Numbered from the stretch's first letter, positions 25,436 to 39,205 are shown. The stretch: DNA of 64,000 bases from Octopus vulgaris (GCA_951406725.2 OX597823.1:82336001-82400000); one strand, 5' to 3'. Made by a program: numbers and translations. Notes: generated from the letters alone by a model not told the origin.

Positions 25436-25537
25436 AAAAATAGACGTCAAAAGACACTATTGCCACCATAAATTCTTCGAGAGAAAACACACTCGGAGAA
25501 TTTATAGTGGCAATAGTGTCTTTTGACGTCTATTTTT
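25436..25537. repeat. Near-perfect inverted repeat: 46-bp arms, 10-nt loop
   Basis: aaaaatagacgtcaaaagacactattgccaccataaattcttcgag / ctcggagaatttatagtggcaatagtgtcttttgacgtctattttt, 2 differences. Confidence 0.95.
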
Positions 25538-25586
25538 CAGTGCGTGGTGAGGCTCAAGCCAAACCCTTGTTATGATTATGTATATA

Positions 25587-25643
<57 letters not shown>

Positions 25644-25646
<3 letters not shown>

Positions 25647-27008
25647 TATTATAAAAGGCAGATTTTATCTGCCTCCCTTTGTATCTTATAGAAATCTACA
25701 ATATAGGATTTCTTCAATTACAATTTACCTAGCATTTTTAAGAGTAGAATGCATCGGGTCGTGCCAGGTCCAGTTTTTAAAATTTCAACCCCAATTAAGC
25801 AAAATTTAGAGAAAACTCACGTTGTGGTGTATAAGTCAAATGCTTTTCTTAGTGTGGCCTACACCACACGCACACGCACACACGCAGTGTGCAACCAATG
25901 AAGTGAAAGTAATTCACTTTTTGTAGTGAGTGACTCTTTCACTCTGCCACTTCCTCTTTACACACATAGACACGCAAATATATAAATAAAATTGTAAGCT
26001 AACGTGTGTGTGTGCGTGTGTGTGAGTGTGTGTGTATTTCCATAGAGGTAACCATTCACTCCATACAAAGTTTTTTAGGACGAAAATAAGATCTAAAGTT
26101 ATCTCTAAGAAACAGAAAGATCGCCCAAAAGTGTATATAGATAATTAAATGTATTTATATATTCATCTATACACACATGTATGTATAATGTGCGTGTATA
26201 TATTTCCATAGAGGTAACCATTCAATCCATACAAAGTTTTTTAGGACGAAAATATTTATATATAAAAGAAAGGTTGTGTGTCTGTCTACTCCGATTTAGA
26301 TTCCTAACTACTCCCACATTTTGCGATGCAGTTTAACCAAAACCGGGTATCTTATAGACGTGATTCATATCGAGCCCTTCTGGGTATTAGCGCGCGTCTA
26401 CGATGAGTCTATGATTTTACAAATAATTTACCATCATTTTTTTCCATTTTAATGCATATTTTTTTAATAAAGGGAAGTAACTCTCAAACTTCACACCAAT
26501 ATGTGTGCTCATATGCGACGTAATATCACATCAGCAGCATTTCCTCACACCCTCCTTGCACTTGGCGAAGGCAAAATACCAGGGGATGAAAATGGTAATA
26601 TTGCCATCGATTCCAAAAAGGTTATACTGGCCCCGAGGAATAAAACTGTTCACCATATTAATGATGAAATGCTAAAACTCATTCCTGGGGAAGTCTATGT
26701 ATATCAGTCTATCGATACAACTCCTGACCCAAAGGACGTCATCAACTATCCAATAGAGGTACTCAATTCCTTTGAACACTCCGGACTACCACCACACTTT
26801 CTCAAACTTAAAGTTGGTGCCCCTATAATGCTCATCAGAAATTTGGTTCCCCCAAAACAATGCAATGGCACACGTTTGATCGTTAAGTCCTTATCTCCCA
26901 GCGTAAACTTATATCAATATTTGCCTGAATAATCATCATAATTCAGTGCAATCATTAACAGTACTTTCAAGCAATTCAGCCCCGAGCAACGCCGGGCAAT
27001 TCTGCTAG
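25644..27008 (+). mobile_element. Non-autonomous Helitron with both termini
   Basis: 5' TC at 25644, 3' CTAG at 27005-27008, GC-rich hairpin gccccgagcaacgccgggc at 26979-26997, A|T insertion site in (TA)n, no TSD. Confidence 0.9.
26501..26932 (+). pseudogene. Helitron PIF1-family helicase fragment (internally deleted)
   Basis: LLALGEG..ILAPRNKTVHHIN..YPIEVLNS..SGLPPHFLKLKVGAPIMLIRNL..CNGTRLIV. Confidence 0.92.
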
Positions 27009-28044
27009 TATATATATATGCGTGCGCGAGTGTGTATGCTTGTGTTTGTTTTCCACAATGGCTTTACACAGGTGTTGATTAGTTTGCGTCCTTAGCGGTG
27101 GTAGTGGTTCGAAGAAGGAAGCGATAGATGTAACAAAAGATACGTCTTTAAAAATAATCTAACACAGTATATACCAAAGAATTAGAAATTAGGATAGCAA
27201 CGAGTGGAAAGCCTCTGATCTGAAGTCTGACAAACTAGTTATAACCGGGGGTAAATATCAACAAACTGAAATGCTTAATGTATGAAATAGAAAAGATAGA
27301 ACAACAGAGTTCTCTTATTACACAATTTCGCTTATTGATGTTAGCAATGTTTTAGAATAACTTACAGATATTTTACTGAAGTGTTAGTTTCTTCATCTAA
27401 GAAAGCGTTATGTTTGTTTTGAAATCCCAGGATTAATAGATGAAATGAATCTGAAAACTGTGGAGAATTAACGTAGGATCATCATGATATGTTTTAAGGT
27501 GGAAGCATTTTTGTAGGAAACCTTGTGGCTTCGAACAATATTCATAAAATCAAGACAAATATTTGCTTAAAGATTATACGTTTTAGAAATATTTTCGTTC
27601 TCGACTAGTTTAATCTTCTGCTGCATCGAACTAGCTAAATAAACAAAAAGTCCCAAGGAAGGGAATGAATGATAAAATATGAAGAAGTTTTACATGAATC
27701 ATTTGCATTAGAGAAAAATTACACAATAGAAAATGACGTCATAAGCCATAAGATATTATTACGCTTGCATACGATTATATTTCTTACTCCAAAATATGTT
27801 CGGTGTTACTAACTCTAGAGAGAAAGTTGTCTAAACTGTAAAGGTTGTCATTTTGATCTAGTTGGGTGTTATCATCTTCGGATACGTCGCGAAAAGACAT
27901 GTCTTGTTCCTCTGTGTGTGTGTGTGTGTGTGTGTGTAAATAAGCATGATCTAGGAGGTATAATTCTCATTGACTGTTAACTTCAAAATTACTGTAATGC
28001 AAGGCTAGGTGTTTATCTGCAAAGTTATAAAATAAATATACACA

Positions 28045-28390
28045 TTGGGCAAGTGTCTTCTACTATAACCTCGGTCCGACCAAAGCCTTGTGAGTGGATT
28101 TGGTAGACGGAAACTGAAAGAAGCACTTCGTATATATGAATATATGTGTGCGTGCATGTGTGTGTGTGTGTGTGTATGTGTGTGTGCGTGTGTGTGTGTG
28201 TTTGTCCCCCCAGCATCGCTTGACAACAGATGCTGGTGTGTTTATGTCCTCACAACTTAGCGGTTCGGCGAAAGAGACCAATAGAATAAGTACTAGGCGT
28301 ACAAAGAACAAGTCGATTTGCTCGACTACAGGCGGTGCTCCAGCATGGCCGCAGTCAAATGATTGAAACAAGTAAAAGAGTAAAAGAGTA
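28045..28390 (+). mobile_element. SINE family C body with internal (TA)/(TG) microsatellite and tail
   Basis: ttgggcaagtgtcttctactata...ggtagacggaaactgaaagaagc-(TG)n-tttgtcccccc...gaaacaagtaaaagagtaaaagagta. Confidence 0.85.
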
Positions 28391-30164
28391 TACGTGTCTC
28401 AATGTAGGTTCTAACATTTAATTCTATACATCTATCCTGCGAAGATATATAGCTTCTTACACCGGATGTTAAACTAACAATTCCATTTTTTACCATTTTT
28501 TTTGTTTTTGCAGATTCGTTTTGTTTCTTTTTTTCCTTTTTTCTCATGTTTACTTTATCATTGTACAAACCACTTTGACTTCTTTTGCCATTTCCCACGT
28601 TTTCTAAATTTTGCAATTTTCTAAAATCATATATACATAACTATACATTCATACATTCGTACGCACGTACGTATATATTTATGTATGTACGTATGTATGT
28701 AAGTATGTATACGTGTATGTGTGTGTGTTTGTATGTGTATGTGTGTGTATTTGTGCGTGTGTGTGCATGCGCGCGCGCCAAAATTATGCCAAAATTTGAA
28801 ACCAATATTTCGGAAGTGTTTCCTACCAAATTTGACTCCCAAAGCCTTGGTTAATCTGGGACCATTACATACACTTTCTGGTGATACCACACAGGCCTAA
28901 GGAACCAACGTGAAGGAACCACACTGTCATGTACCATCATGAATTAACTAACATCATAATCACATAGATGTAATTAGCGTTAACTTTTTTTGACAGGGTA
29001 ATTTACAAAATAGTTTTAGGATTACTACACGATTTCAGCTACTTGATAGGTATATTAGCGGGCTTTGTTCTCAAAATTTGCATAGATTTTTTTGTTTGTT
29101 TGTTGTTGTTGATGATGACATCAAGCTCCAAGACAGCTTCGGCCACTCAGAGCAAAAATCGAAAGCATAGTGGTCGAGAACGTACCGTTTGTATGTAGAG
29201 TGCTTTTCTGAATACATTATCCGTTTTCTATAAATGGAAGGATGTGAGTTGAGAGAGATTTAACTACGATTTCTAGCATGTCGGGTGACCACATAAACAT
29301 TCTTTTCTTCGTAACTGTTGTTACTACAGTCACGTCATAGATTATTGGCTTCTACGAATCTTTTAGTATTGGCTGAGAATGTAACATAAAGATTACCACT
29401 TGAAGTTGTAAATCCACTCCTATTTAGCCAAATAAAATTTGATCCACACTTCGACGTTTGAGATTGGAAGAGAAATTGATATACTACCCAGCCTGAGTTT
29501 TGCTCGTGTTTCCAAATGATAAAATATAACTCTTATTGCACGTCTTACATTTGAATTATAGGAAGAATATATCATTCTAAACTAGACATATTATCAGTTT
29601 GTCAGTTACTAGATGTTGTGATATTTATGAAAGCTAGCTGCAATAGATAAGCACCTTCAGCAGGAAAAATTGTCTTTAGCTTAAGATTATACTAATTAGA
29701 ATAAAGAAATGGCCAAATTAAAAATCTGAGCTTGATGTAACTTAACAGAATCATTTCTTATTCCTGATATCAGTAATATCTACGTTAATCATTAAATCTT
29801 CGAGCTGATAAGAAACCTTCTAAATGATCTCTCAATCTTGTAGAAATTTCAGTTCAGTATTCTTTAAATTACACCTCAATATTTTAAAACGCAAAGACAC
29901 ATCATATTCTGAAGTAAATTAAAAAAAAAAATATGGAGTGAAAATGACGCATACATTGTCTTATTAAGAATTTCAACCAGTAGTAAATTTGTATTTTCAG
30001 ATTTCTGAAGAATCTGTATTTCATAAATATTGTATGGGAATCATCTCGGGTGATCGAAAAAAATCCATAGTGAGATCAAAGGTTTTCCGAAATGAAAATA
30101 AATTTCAGCGTTTGCTTAAAAATGCAACGGTTTTCATTTAAAACCGAAGAGAATAAACTTTCGA

Positions 30165-30385
30165 AATATTTTTTCAAATTTTAGCATAAACTGGTGGGGC
30201 GTGGTAAGTCTATTAGATGGTCCCAGTTCTCAGATGGTACTTATTGGTACTTATTTTATCGATCCCGGGAAGATGAAAGGCAAAGTCGACATGGGTGGAA
30301 TTTGAACTCAGAATATAAACACGGAGAAAATACCGCAAAGCATTTTATCCGGTGCGGTAAGGATTGTGCCTGCTCGCAGCCTTAA
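30165..30385 (-). mobile_element. SINE family A (short-tail subtype)
   Basis: Similarity to other copies. Confidence 0.75.
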
Positions 30386-30904
30386 ACTTTCGAAATATCA
30401 ACAACAATAGTCTTTTGCCGCGAAAAATACGAGATTGTCACGATTGAGATGTCTATGGGTATAGATTACTTGATCGACGCTGATCTGTGGTTAAACAACA
30501 TTATCAATAATCGGGTATATATTTCAATTTGAGGCAAGCAGAAGGTTTAGATAGATATACGACAGCTTGACCTTTACAGAGAAGTGAAAACTCATTGATA
30601 ATTTTAGATCTATTTACGTTGTTGTTTTAGTTGTTATATTTTAGGCATTATTGATTGGTGAAAAGGCGGACATTTTCGACTAATAAATAATTAAATTGTT
30701 AATTATCTGTTTTGTATCTAGAGCAGATCAATAGTTGGCGTGAAATAAACGGTGGAATCAGTGTAGAGCTGTGGAGTTGAGGGTTGCGTGATGATAAACT
30801 AAAATCGTTTCGAAATGGCTAATTGCAGCTTTGAGGTTATTAATCGGCTATAATATGTCAAGAAATAAGAATAGGTGTATTTCTACAACATGTCCCATTA
30901 TTAA

Positions 30905-31228
30905 GTGGCATCTCGTCGGTTACGAAGACAAGGGTTCCGACTGATCCAATCAACGGAACAGCCTTCTCGTGAAATAACCGTGCAAGTGACTCAGAACTCT
31001 ACAGACACGCGTGCCCTTCGCCTAGTTCTCAGTGAGATTCAGCACGACACAGAATGTAACAAGGCTGGTCCTTTGAGATACAGTTACTACTCATTTTTAT
31101 CAGCTGAGTGAACAGAGACAACGTGAAATCATATATCTTGTTCGAAGATACAATGCACTGCCGGGAATAGAACTCACAACCTTACGATCGTGATCTGAAT
31201 ACCCTAACCACTAAGCCACGCATCCGCG
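30905..31228 (-). mobile_element. tRNA-derived SINE (family B-related, long subtype)
   Basis: Minus strand gcgtggcttagtggttagggtattc...gtgagttctattcccggc; homologous to the interrupted copy 45892-47620. Confidence 0.8.
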
Positions 31229-31315
31229 CATGTCCCATTTCTGATGTGAAGAAAGCCGGAGTGTAGACTCGTCTTCCTCATATATTTCGTACATTGTTAT
31301 ATCTCAAATTGCAAT

Positions 31316-31710
31316 AATTGTTTCAAATTTTTGCCACAAGGGCAGCTTGGCGGGAGGAGATTAAGTCGATTACATCGACCCCAGTGCGTAACTGGTACTG
31401 ATTTCATCAACCCCCGAAAAGATGAAAAGCAAAGTCGACCTCGACGAAATTTGAGCTCTTAACGTAAAGACAGGCAAAATACCTATTTCTATTTCTTTAC
31501 TACCCACAAGGGGCTAAACACAGAGGGGACAAACAAGCACAGACAGGCGGATTAAGTCGATTATATCGACCCCAGTGCGTAAATGGTACTTAATTTATCA
31601 ATCCCGAAAGGATGAAAGGCAAAGTGACCTCAGTGGAATTTGAACTCAGAACGTAACCTCAGACGAAATACAGATATGCATTTCGCCCGGCGTGCTAACG
31701 TTTCTGCCAT
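31316..31710 (-). mobile_element. SINE family A dimer
   Basis: Two units joined at aaatacc|tatttc; flanked by the direct repeat atctcaaattgcaataat (31300, 31709), a possible TSD. Confidence 0.85.
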
Positions 31711-32281
31711 CTCAAATTGCAATAATAAAACACAATAGTGGTGTATTGGACGAATTTGAACCCATCTATGTAAATTTGTACGGAATATTTCTTGCCTAGG
31801 AAGCTAGGGCTAATGCACATTTAACTAAACGTCTTTAAAGATATGTAAAGAGATATGTTTCGCTGTGTACGGAAAATAATGGTCCCATACATGTTAAATT
31901 TGTTATTACAAAGAAAGCTACCACAGTACTTTCTGCGTGGTCGATAAACTCTAAGCCTTTTAAAACTAACAAATCTATTCCCCTTAAGCCACACCTCACC
32001 ATCCATTTTAACGGAGGAAAGAAACAGTGAATATTATAGGCCTGGATATGAATACATTCTATGAAAATAATACAGCTGGAAAGCCTTTGAATCTAGCTTT
32101 GATTCATCATATCTAACCTGAGGCTAAACAGCAACAATCTTTGTTTAATGGCCTCATTTGTCGTTAAGTTGACACGATTGTTATTTAATTATCGGCTTTA
32201 ATTTCCTTCCATTAATAGGAGTGTTGTTTTCTGTTCGTGTCAGAAAAGGATGAGACTGACCTTGTAATATTCACCTCGTCT

Positions 32282-32686
32282 AAGGCGGCGAGTTGCCAGA
32301 AACGTTAGCACGCCGGGCGAAATTCTTAGCGGTATTTCGTCTGTCGTTACGTTCTGAGTTCAAATTCCGCCGAGGTCGACTTTGCCTTTCATCCTTTCGG
32401 GGGCGATTAAATAAGTACCAGTTACACACTGGGATCGATATATTCGACTTAATCCGCCTGTGTGTCCTTGTTTGTCCCCTCTGTGCTTAGCCCCTTGTAG
32501 ATAGTAAAGAAATTGGTATTTCGTCAGTCTTCATGTTCTGAGTTCAAATTCCACCGATGTCTATTTTGCCTTTCATCCTTTCGTGGTCAATAAATTAAGT
32601 ACCAGTTGTGCACTGGGGTCGATATCGAATCGACTGGCTCCCTCCACCAAAATTTTGGGCCTTGTGCCCAAAGTGGAAAAGAATAT
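32282..32686 (+). mobile_element. SINE family A dimer, inverted relative to 31316-31710
   Basis: AAGGCGGCGAGTTGCCAGAAACG...; flanked by the direct repeat aatattcacctcgt (32266, 32682), a probable TSD. Confidence 0.88.
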
Positions 32687-34449
32687 TCACCTCGTTTCCA
32701 AGTACGTTACAGACAAAAATGCAATTAAATAGCCCCAGCTAGGATTCAAAGTAGTTCTGTTTAAGATTGAGAACCACATATTTCGAAAGTAAATCCAATA
32801 ACTAAAAATACAAGATGTCACTATCACAACCCGAAACTTCATCGTATTGGGTATTAGTAATATGATTGGAGCCAACCTGAAAATCTTTCAATATACATTG
32901 CTTGATTGATCGTAAATAGATGTATCTATAAATGGAGATGGGAATATCAGTTAACTTCAAAGAGGAAAGGAGATCGTAACACTTTAGTGGGAATGGAAAT
33001 CGAGATAGTCGTACCTTATCAAGCTTTAGTAAGGCAGGTGAAATGGTACGTGATACTGGTTAGTTTGGATCTCCGTGCAAAGACTTTAATGCCTAAATCT
33101 TATCGTTCTGGAAATCATCCTCTAGAGATTTTATACTTTCTATCCTGACACTGTAAATTGAATATCGTAGATGTCTCGATCAACGACATTGAATAAAAGT
33201 AGAAATGATCCGTTTGACAAATAAAGTGAACGATGAAAGCTTTGTTATAAACAGTATGGATAATATGAAATATGAAATCAAAGAACTTGCAAGTTCAGAA
33301 ACATAAAGGTGTCGAATACAGAACATAAAACATTAATTTCTGTGCTATTTTTTTTTCTTTTGACCTAATTTTGATCAATTCATTCGGATATGCCTTGTGT
33401 CTAAACAGAATTGCTTCTGCACCTCTAATGGAATTGTGATGTCTGAAATGAATTGAATGATTTTGACAAACCGCAACACATGTTTACTGGAAACTAATTG
33501 CTGAGTTCAGGTTTGATAACTTCAGTCTCATGCATGTTTATGTTTACTTTCGCCCAGAACAGAACATCGAGCAAATTCTCTTTAACTGACAACTAATTTC
33601 TGTAATTTCATTGTCTGAGTTTATTTTTGGTTTTGTTTTTCTTTTCTTTTTGCTCTTTTTGTCGTTGTAGTTTCCATTAATTTAAGTGTGAACTCATTTG
33701 TTTTTGTGAGGCAACAAATAACAAACAAGACATTATAAAATTAGATCGTTTCACAGCATTTAGCGAGAAAAACTAAAAATAAAATGTTATTGTAGTTGTA
33801 AATATTTACTCGATCTCCTTTGTGTTTACTAGTATATTTATCAAAAATTACAGTAAATCAATTCAGAAGTGAAGGTTAATCTATCATAGGCAACATGCTT
33901 TAGAAACTCAAGTACCGAATCAGCAAAGGCGTTTGCTTCTTCGACACACTACTAAGACGATAGTATTGTTTTATTCGAAACCTCCCGTTGCTCACTGCAG
34001 GCTGGATATGTACATCGGACAACATGCTGTGATGATTACTGTGCCCTTGCAAAAATAAAGAAATCTAAAAAAAAAAAAGAAATCTAAAAAAAAAAAAAGA
34101 ATAAAGAAATCTACTGTGCCAAGCACATCCTACAAGATTAGGACCTGATAATTAATGTTGATAGAAAAATGAACTGAGAAATTAAGAGCTCAAACAAAAA
34201 ATTAACAAAACAAATACAAAGAAAACAATATAAAACAGAAATAGAAATCAATTTTTTTATAGGGTTCCTAAATGTTCTTCTTGCAGAACTAACTCTAAAC
34301 CATGTATGTTAAATTGCTTTCGGTAGATAAATTATAATGTGAAAGCGGGTTAATTTTCGAAAAGAAAGAACTGCTTTAGGACAGTAGGGAGGAACACAAT
34401 GATAGGGTGCAGGAGAATTAATAAAGAAATCAGTGGTCTAAATATTGTC

Positions 34450-35444
34450 ACTACATTTTTGTGCCATCTCTAGCACAGACACTAAATTTCTGAACAACCA
34501 GTCCGAATAGAAAATTATCAGCTTTGATTTAGTAAACAGAGTGGAAGAATCTTTTGAAAGCAAATGGGCTGATGTGGAGTTCTTAGGCCCATAAGCTTGC
34601 TTCATAAGATGGTAAAGCTTCCTGCTGTCATTTGCATAGCAACAGCCTAAACTTCACGAGCAAGATCCTCCCACCAAGTGTTCTGCATTTTCCTGAGAGA
34701 TCGCTGCAGTAGTGATTTTACACTGTTATAGTGGGCGAGTGCTAGATTTTGCTGCACAGCAGACAGTCCTCTGTCTAGCAATACATTGTGGGCATGGCGC
34801 TTTACCACCATTAATCGCTGAACTTCAGTTTCATTTTCATCAAACCTGTCTCTGTGTCTGGCAGTAACATATCCTAGTGTTTCAGCAGCACATTGAAGAA
34901 CTTGGTCTCGAAAATCTTCTCATGCTGCAGTATTTTCAATGCTGTGCAGAGTTTTAGATCCAATAAGGCTTGCACAATACCTTATTGACATTATCCAGAG
35001 ACAAGCCAGAGCAAGATGTCTGGTGCCATTATGAGTTGCAGGCTCAGGTATGAGGGAGCGCAGTGATCTCTAGCACAAACCAAAGATCCCCAAAATGACC
35101 AATGCCATTCCCTGCATATCTGGTTTTATATCAGAGTGAACTCCTAGAGACATGCTTCAACAGAAACTGAGGGGTGCCTCACTCCCAATGGTCTTTTAGC
35201 ACACCGGACACCGTCCCGGAATTTCTACGTACCTGTGCTATTGCTAGATAGCCGTTGAGCCTGCACTAGGTTCATCCGACCTCTAGCAGGTCTTGTTTTT
35301 AATCCTGCTAGGTTTCTAGCAACCCTCCTCACCAGGATAGCCTGGTGGGGGCGCCAGTTCAGTCGCCGGCAACCTGACCCTGCAAACACGTTGTATTGGA
35401 TTCCATGTTACCAGTAGCACTTATGAGAGCCTCATAAGTGACCT

Positions 35445-35447
<3 letters not shown>
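34450..35447 (-). mobile_element. RTE-clade LINE 5' remnant (5' UTR, deleted endonuclease, EN-RT linker)
   Basis: Minus-strand translation FDENETEVQRLM ... RSLRKMQNTWWEDLAREV ... NDSRKLYHLMKQAYGP, typical of the RTE linker; GC-rich structured 5' end next to (TA)n. Confidence 0.75.
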
Positions 35448-35507
<60 letters not shown>

Positions 35508-36222
35508 ATAAATACATACATAAACTGCTAAGAGAAGATATGTAAAATTAACGAGTACTTGGTTTCATTGAAGCAACAGAGTTCTATTCTCATCCGGAAA
35601 TGGTAGGACCTTCCTAGGTGACTTCTCTGAAATAGAAAAATTCATAAACTCTAACGTATATGTTTATTCTTAACATGTTTTGGAAGATTCGAACAAGAAT
35701 ATCTGACCACCGTTGTTTTTCATCATTGAAGAACATCATCTTACTTTAGCCGATATGGCCGAATCGATGAATATTTCCAGGGCACGAGCAGAAATGAGAA
35801 AATGAAATAAGTACTGATGCGTGCAGCTATTTTTCAAAGGGGAAAATTATAAGTCGTCGGGTGCACGTAGAAAGGCAAGGATTCAAGCAATAACATACTT
35901 ATCTACATTCGAATCTGACAGACTGAATAAATAGGTTATTGTCTTGTGAATTTAGATTTCCGCCGATCAACGTTCGTCTAAAGGAAAATTCAAAAGTATT
36001 TTGTCATACAAATCGGGAAAATGTCCTCAGACAAATTTATCATAATTCAGTCTTTGCATAAAGCTAAAAAGAAAAAGAGCTATCGGCGAATAATTTCCAT
36101 TTGACTTACCCCAACAAGCATAATATAAAAATGGAGTCAAGAATATATTTATGGCGGACATGTTTTCCCATGACATTAGTGACGTAATTGGTCAACGATA
36201 ATTATGACTAGAATCAAAACAA

Positions 36223-36295
<73 letters not shown>

Positions 36296-36372
36296 TGTGT
36301 ATAAATATGTACACACATATACACACACCCTCACGCACATATGCATAAATATATACATTTATATATAATGCT

Positions 36373-36408
<36 letters not shown>

Positions 36409-36441
36409 ATATATATATATATATATATAAATATTTCTCTG

Positions 36442-36495
<54 letters not shown>

Positions 36496-36991
36496 TATAT
36501 TTGTACATATATATAGATATCCACATTCACACGCATATATATATATATGTGTGTGTGTGTAAGTTTGTGTGTATATGTGGGTGTGTGGATGTGTGGGTGT
36601 ATTTATATAAGTATATCCCTTATTCTTCAATGTCTTCAGCGGTTGTTACCAACCTGTCAATCCTTTTCTCAGTATTCACTCCCACAATTATTAACAAGTC
36701 ATTACTTTTTGCTTTTCAACATTGAATATTATGAAGCGAAATTTTCACACTTTAAGTCTACTAAACGACACCACAAGAAATATTTCTTCTATCTCATACC
36801 GTATGATAATACAAGCAATAGCGTAACCAACAACCCGTGAATATAATAGACTGTTTTCTCATCGTAGAGAACACCCGAAACCTGCTCAGCGCCATTGGTA
36901 CACGCTTAAAACCTGTTTGGCAATCGTGTAATTAAAGGACATTTAAGTGACGTGGACACAAAACACCAATGATCACACACACACACACACT

Positions 36992-37045
<54 letters not shown>

Positions 37046-37179
37046 TGTATCTATTCTTTTATTGTTTTACTTTTTTACTTGTTTCAGTCATTTGGTTGAG
37101 GCCATGCTAGAGCACTTAATTTTTAAGCCTAGTAATTACACAGGTTGTCAGACGGTGATATATACATATACATGCATAC

Positions 37180-37255
<76 letters not shown>

Positions 37256-37820
37256 TGTATGTATGTATGTATATAGGATCGTTTGTAGAAATATATAAAT
37301 CCAGAGGAGAAGCACACGCTAAGATGTGGAGCAGTTAATATTATAGTGGGGTAGGACGGTCTATGGGATTTCTCTGAGTTTTCGCTCGTAAGGGGTTTAG
37401 CCTTACGGCTTCATACTCGAAACACTGCTGGCCTGAGACCTCTTTAAAATATGGAAGGGGAAAAGTCTCGTTTTTAAAGGTAAAACCCTAGGCAATTATC
37501 TCCATTTTCTGTTGTCCATCGATCTTCGGCCGCGCTACCATCTTGCGGTCACCAAAGTACCACGAAGGTAAACGATTGACACCCTTCGGCCTTGGCTATT
37601 GGTATGCTGCTATGGTGCTGCTATGGTGCCGCTATATGGATTCCAAAAGGTCTGCAGGAATTTTCTAAAATGCAAGCATTGTCTGAAAAATCTTCGTCCC
37701 AGATTTCAGGATGCCCCCTTGGACGAGCGAGTCTTTAAGGATCTTCGTGCGTTCAGCAATGTATAACTTGCACCCTTTCGACCCGTTTATGTATATCTAT
37801 CTATTTGTCAATCTTTCTTT

Positions 37821-37895
37821 CCATCCATCCATCCATCCATCCATCCATCCATCCATCCGTCCGTCCGTCCGTCCGTCCGTCCGTCCATCCGTCCA
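37821..37895. repeat. Compound (CCAT)n(CCGT)n microsatellite
   Basis: Direct reading. Confidence 0.95.
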
Positions 37896-38407
37896 TCTGT
37901 CCTTCTGTCTGTCTCTGGCGTAGAGAGAGCGTTACAGGGAGTGAAAGACAGAGTAAGAAGGAGAAAGATAATGAGAGAGAGAGAGAGAGAATGTATGACA
38001 TTGCCTATGTTACGTATAGCCGGACGTTTACGATATGAAGCATGTTGATATGATACATGTTGCATTTATTTTATATCGACAAGGTTTGATTTGAGGTACA
38101 CTTGGTTTTTATTTCTAGAATAAAGAGTGACCACTTTCCATGCAGCTGCTCGTATTTCCATTCTGTGTCGTAGTAAGCTGCAAACGCTACAGCATAATCC
38201 ATACATTCTGCAAAACTTCATCACCGCATTGTGTCTTGGTATCGCTTAATGTTATTTTAAGACTAAATAGGTTGATGGAAGAGATCATTTCTAGAGGTTA
38301 TGTTTGTTAAATATTGATTGCCAATTCACTTCAGATGGCGTTGATGCTCGGTATACACTTCCTAATAAACGTTGTTGTTATTGGTGCTTTTATTGATGTT
38401 GTTGTTG

Positions 38408-38833
38408 ATGATGATGTAGCTATTTGTTTAAACCAGGTCAGTTCTATTTAATCAGAACTTTAATCGAAGCCATTCCATCCGTGACCAATCAGTCTTATTC
38501 ATGTATCGTGTATAAGGGTCACGTCGTTGAATGTACATCTTTCGTTTAAATACATTAAAATATGAGTAGAAACAGATTTGGATACTAAATTTAGCAAGTC
38601 GAGCAACCTCGTAGAGGCTGTCATGATGATGTCGCTATTGCTTAAACCAGGTCAGTTCTAATTTAAGCAGAACTTTAATCGAAGCCATTCCATCCGTGAC
38701 CAGTCAGTCTGTTATTTATGTATCGTGTATAAGGGTCACGTCGTTGAATATACATATTTTGTTTAAATACATTAAAATACGAGCAGATGCAGATTTGAAT
38801 TTAGCAGGTCGAGCGACCTCGTAGAGGCTGTCG
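38408..38833. repeat. Tandem duplication of a ~215-bp old repeat fragment
   Basis: ttaaaccaggtcagttcta...gaagccattccatccgtgacc...acctcgtagaggctgtc occurs twice. Confidence 0.9.
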
Positions 38834-38869
38834 TGTTGCGGTGCACCGGTAATTATATTTCTTTTAATT

Positions 38870-39205
38870 TTGACCTCAGTGCGTAATTGGTACTTATTTA
38901 ATCGACCCCGAAAGGATGAAAGGCAAAGTCGACCTCGGCGGAATTTGAATTCAGAAAGTAAAGACAAAGGAAATACCTATTTCTTTATTACCCACAAGGG
39001 GCTAAACACAGAGAGGACAAACAAGGACAGACACACGGATTAAGTCGATTGTATCGACCTCAGTGCGTAATTGGTACTTATTTAATCGACCCCGAAAGGA
39101 TGAAAGGCAAAGTCGACCTCGGCGGAATTTGAACTCAGAACGTAGCGGCAGACGAAATACGGCTACGCATTTCGCCCGGTTGCTAACGTTTTTGCTCGCC
39201 GCCTT
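38870..39205 (-). mobile_element. SINE family A dimer
   Basis: Two units joined at gaaatacc|tatttc. Confidence 0.88.

Noticed and set aside
35560-35640. Minus-strand exon after acceptor-like tttttctatttcag
   Set aside because: No recognisable protein, no convincing donor site or partner exons
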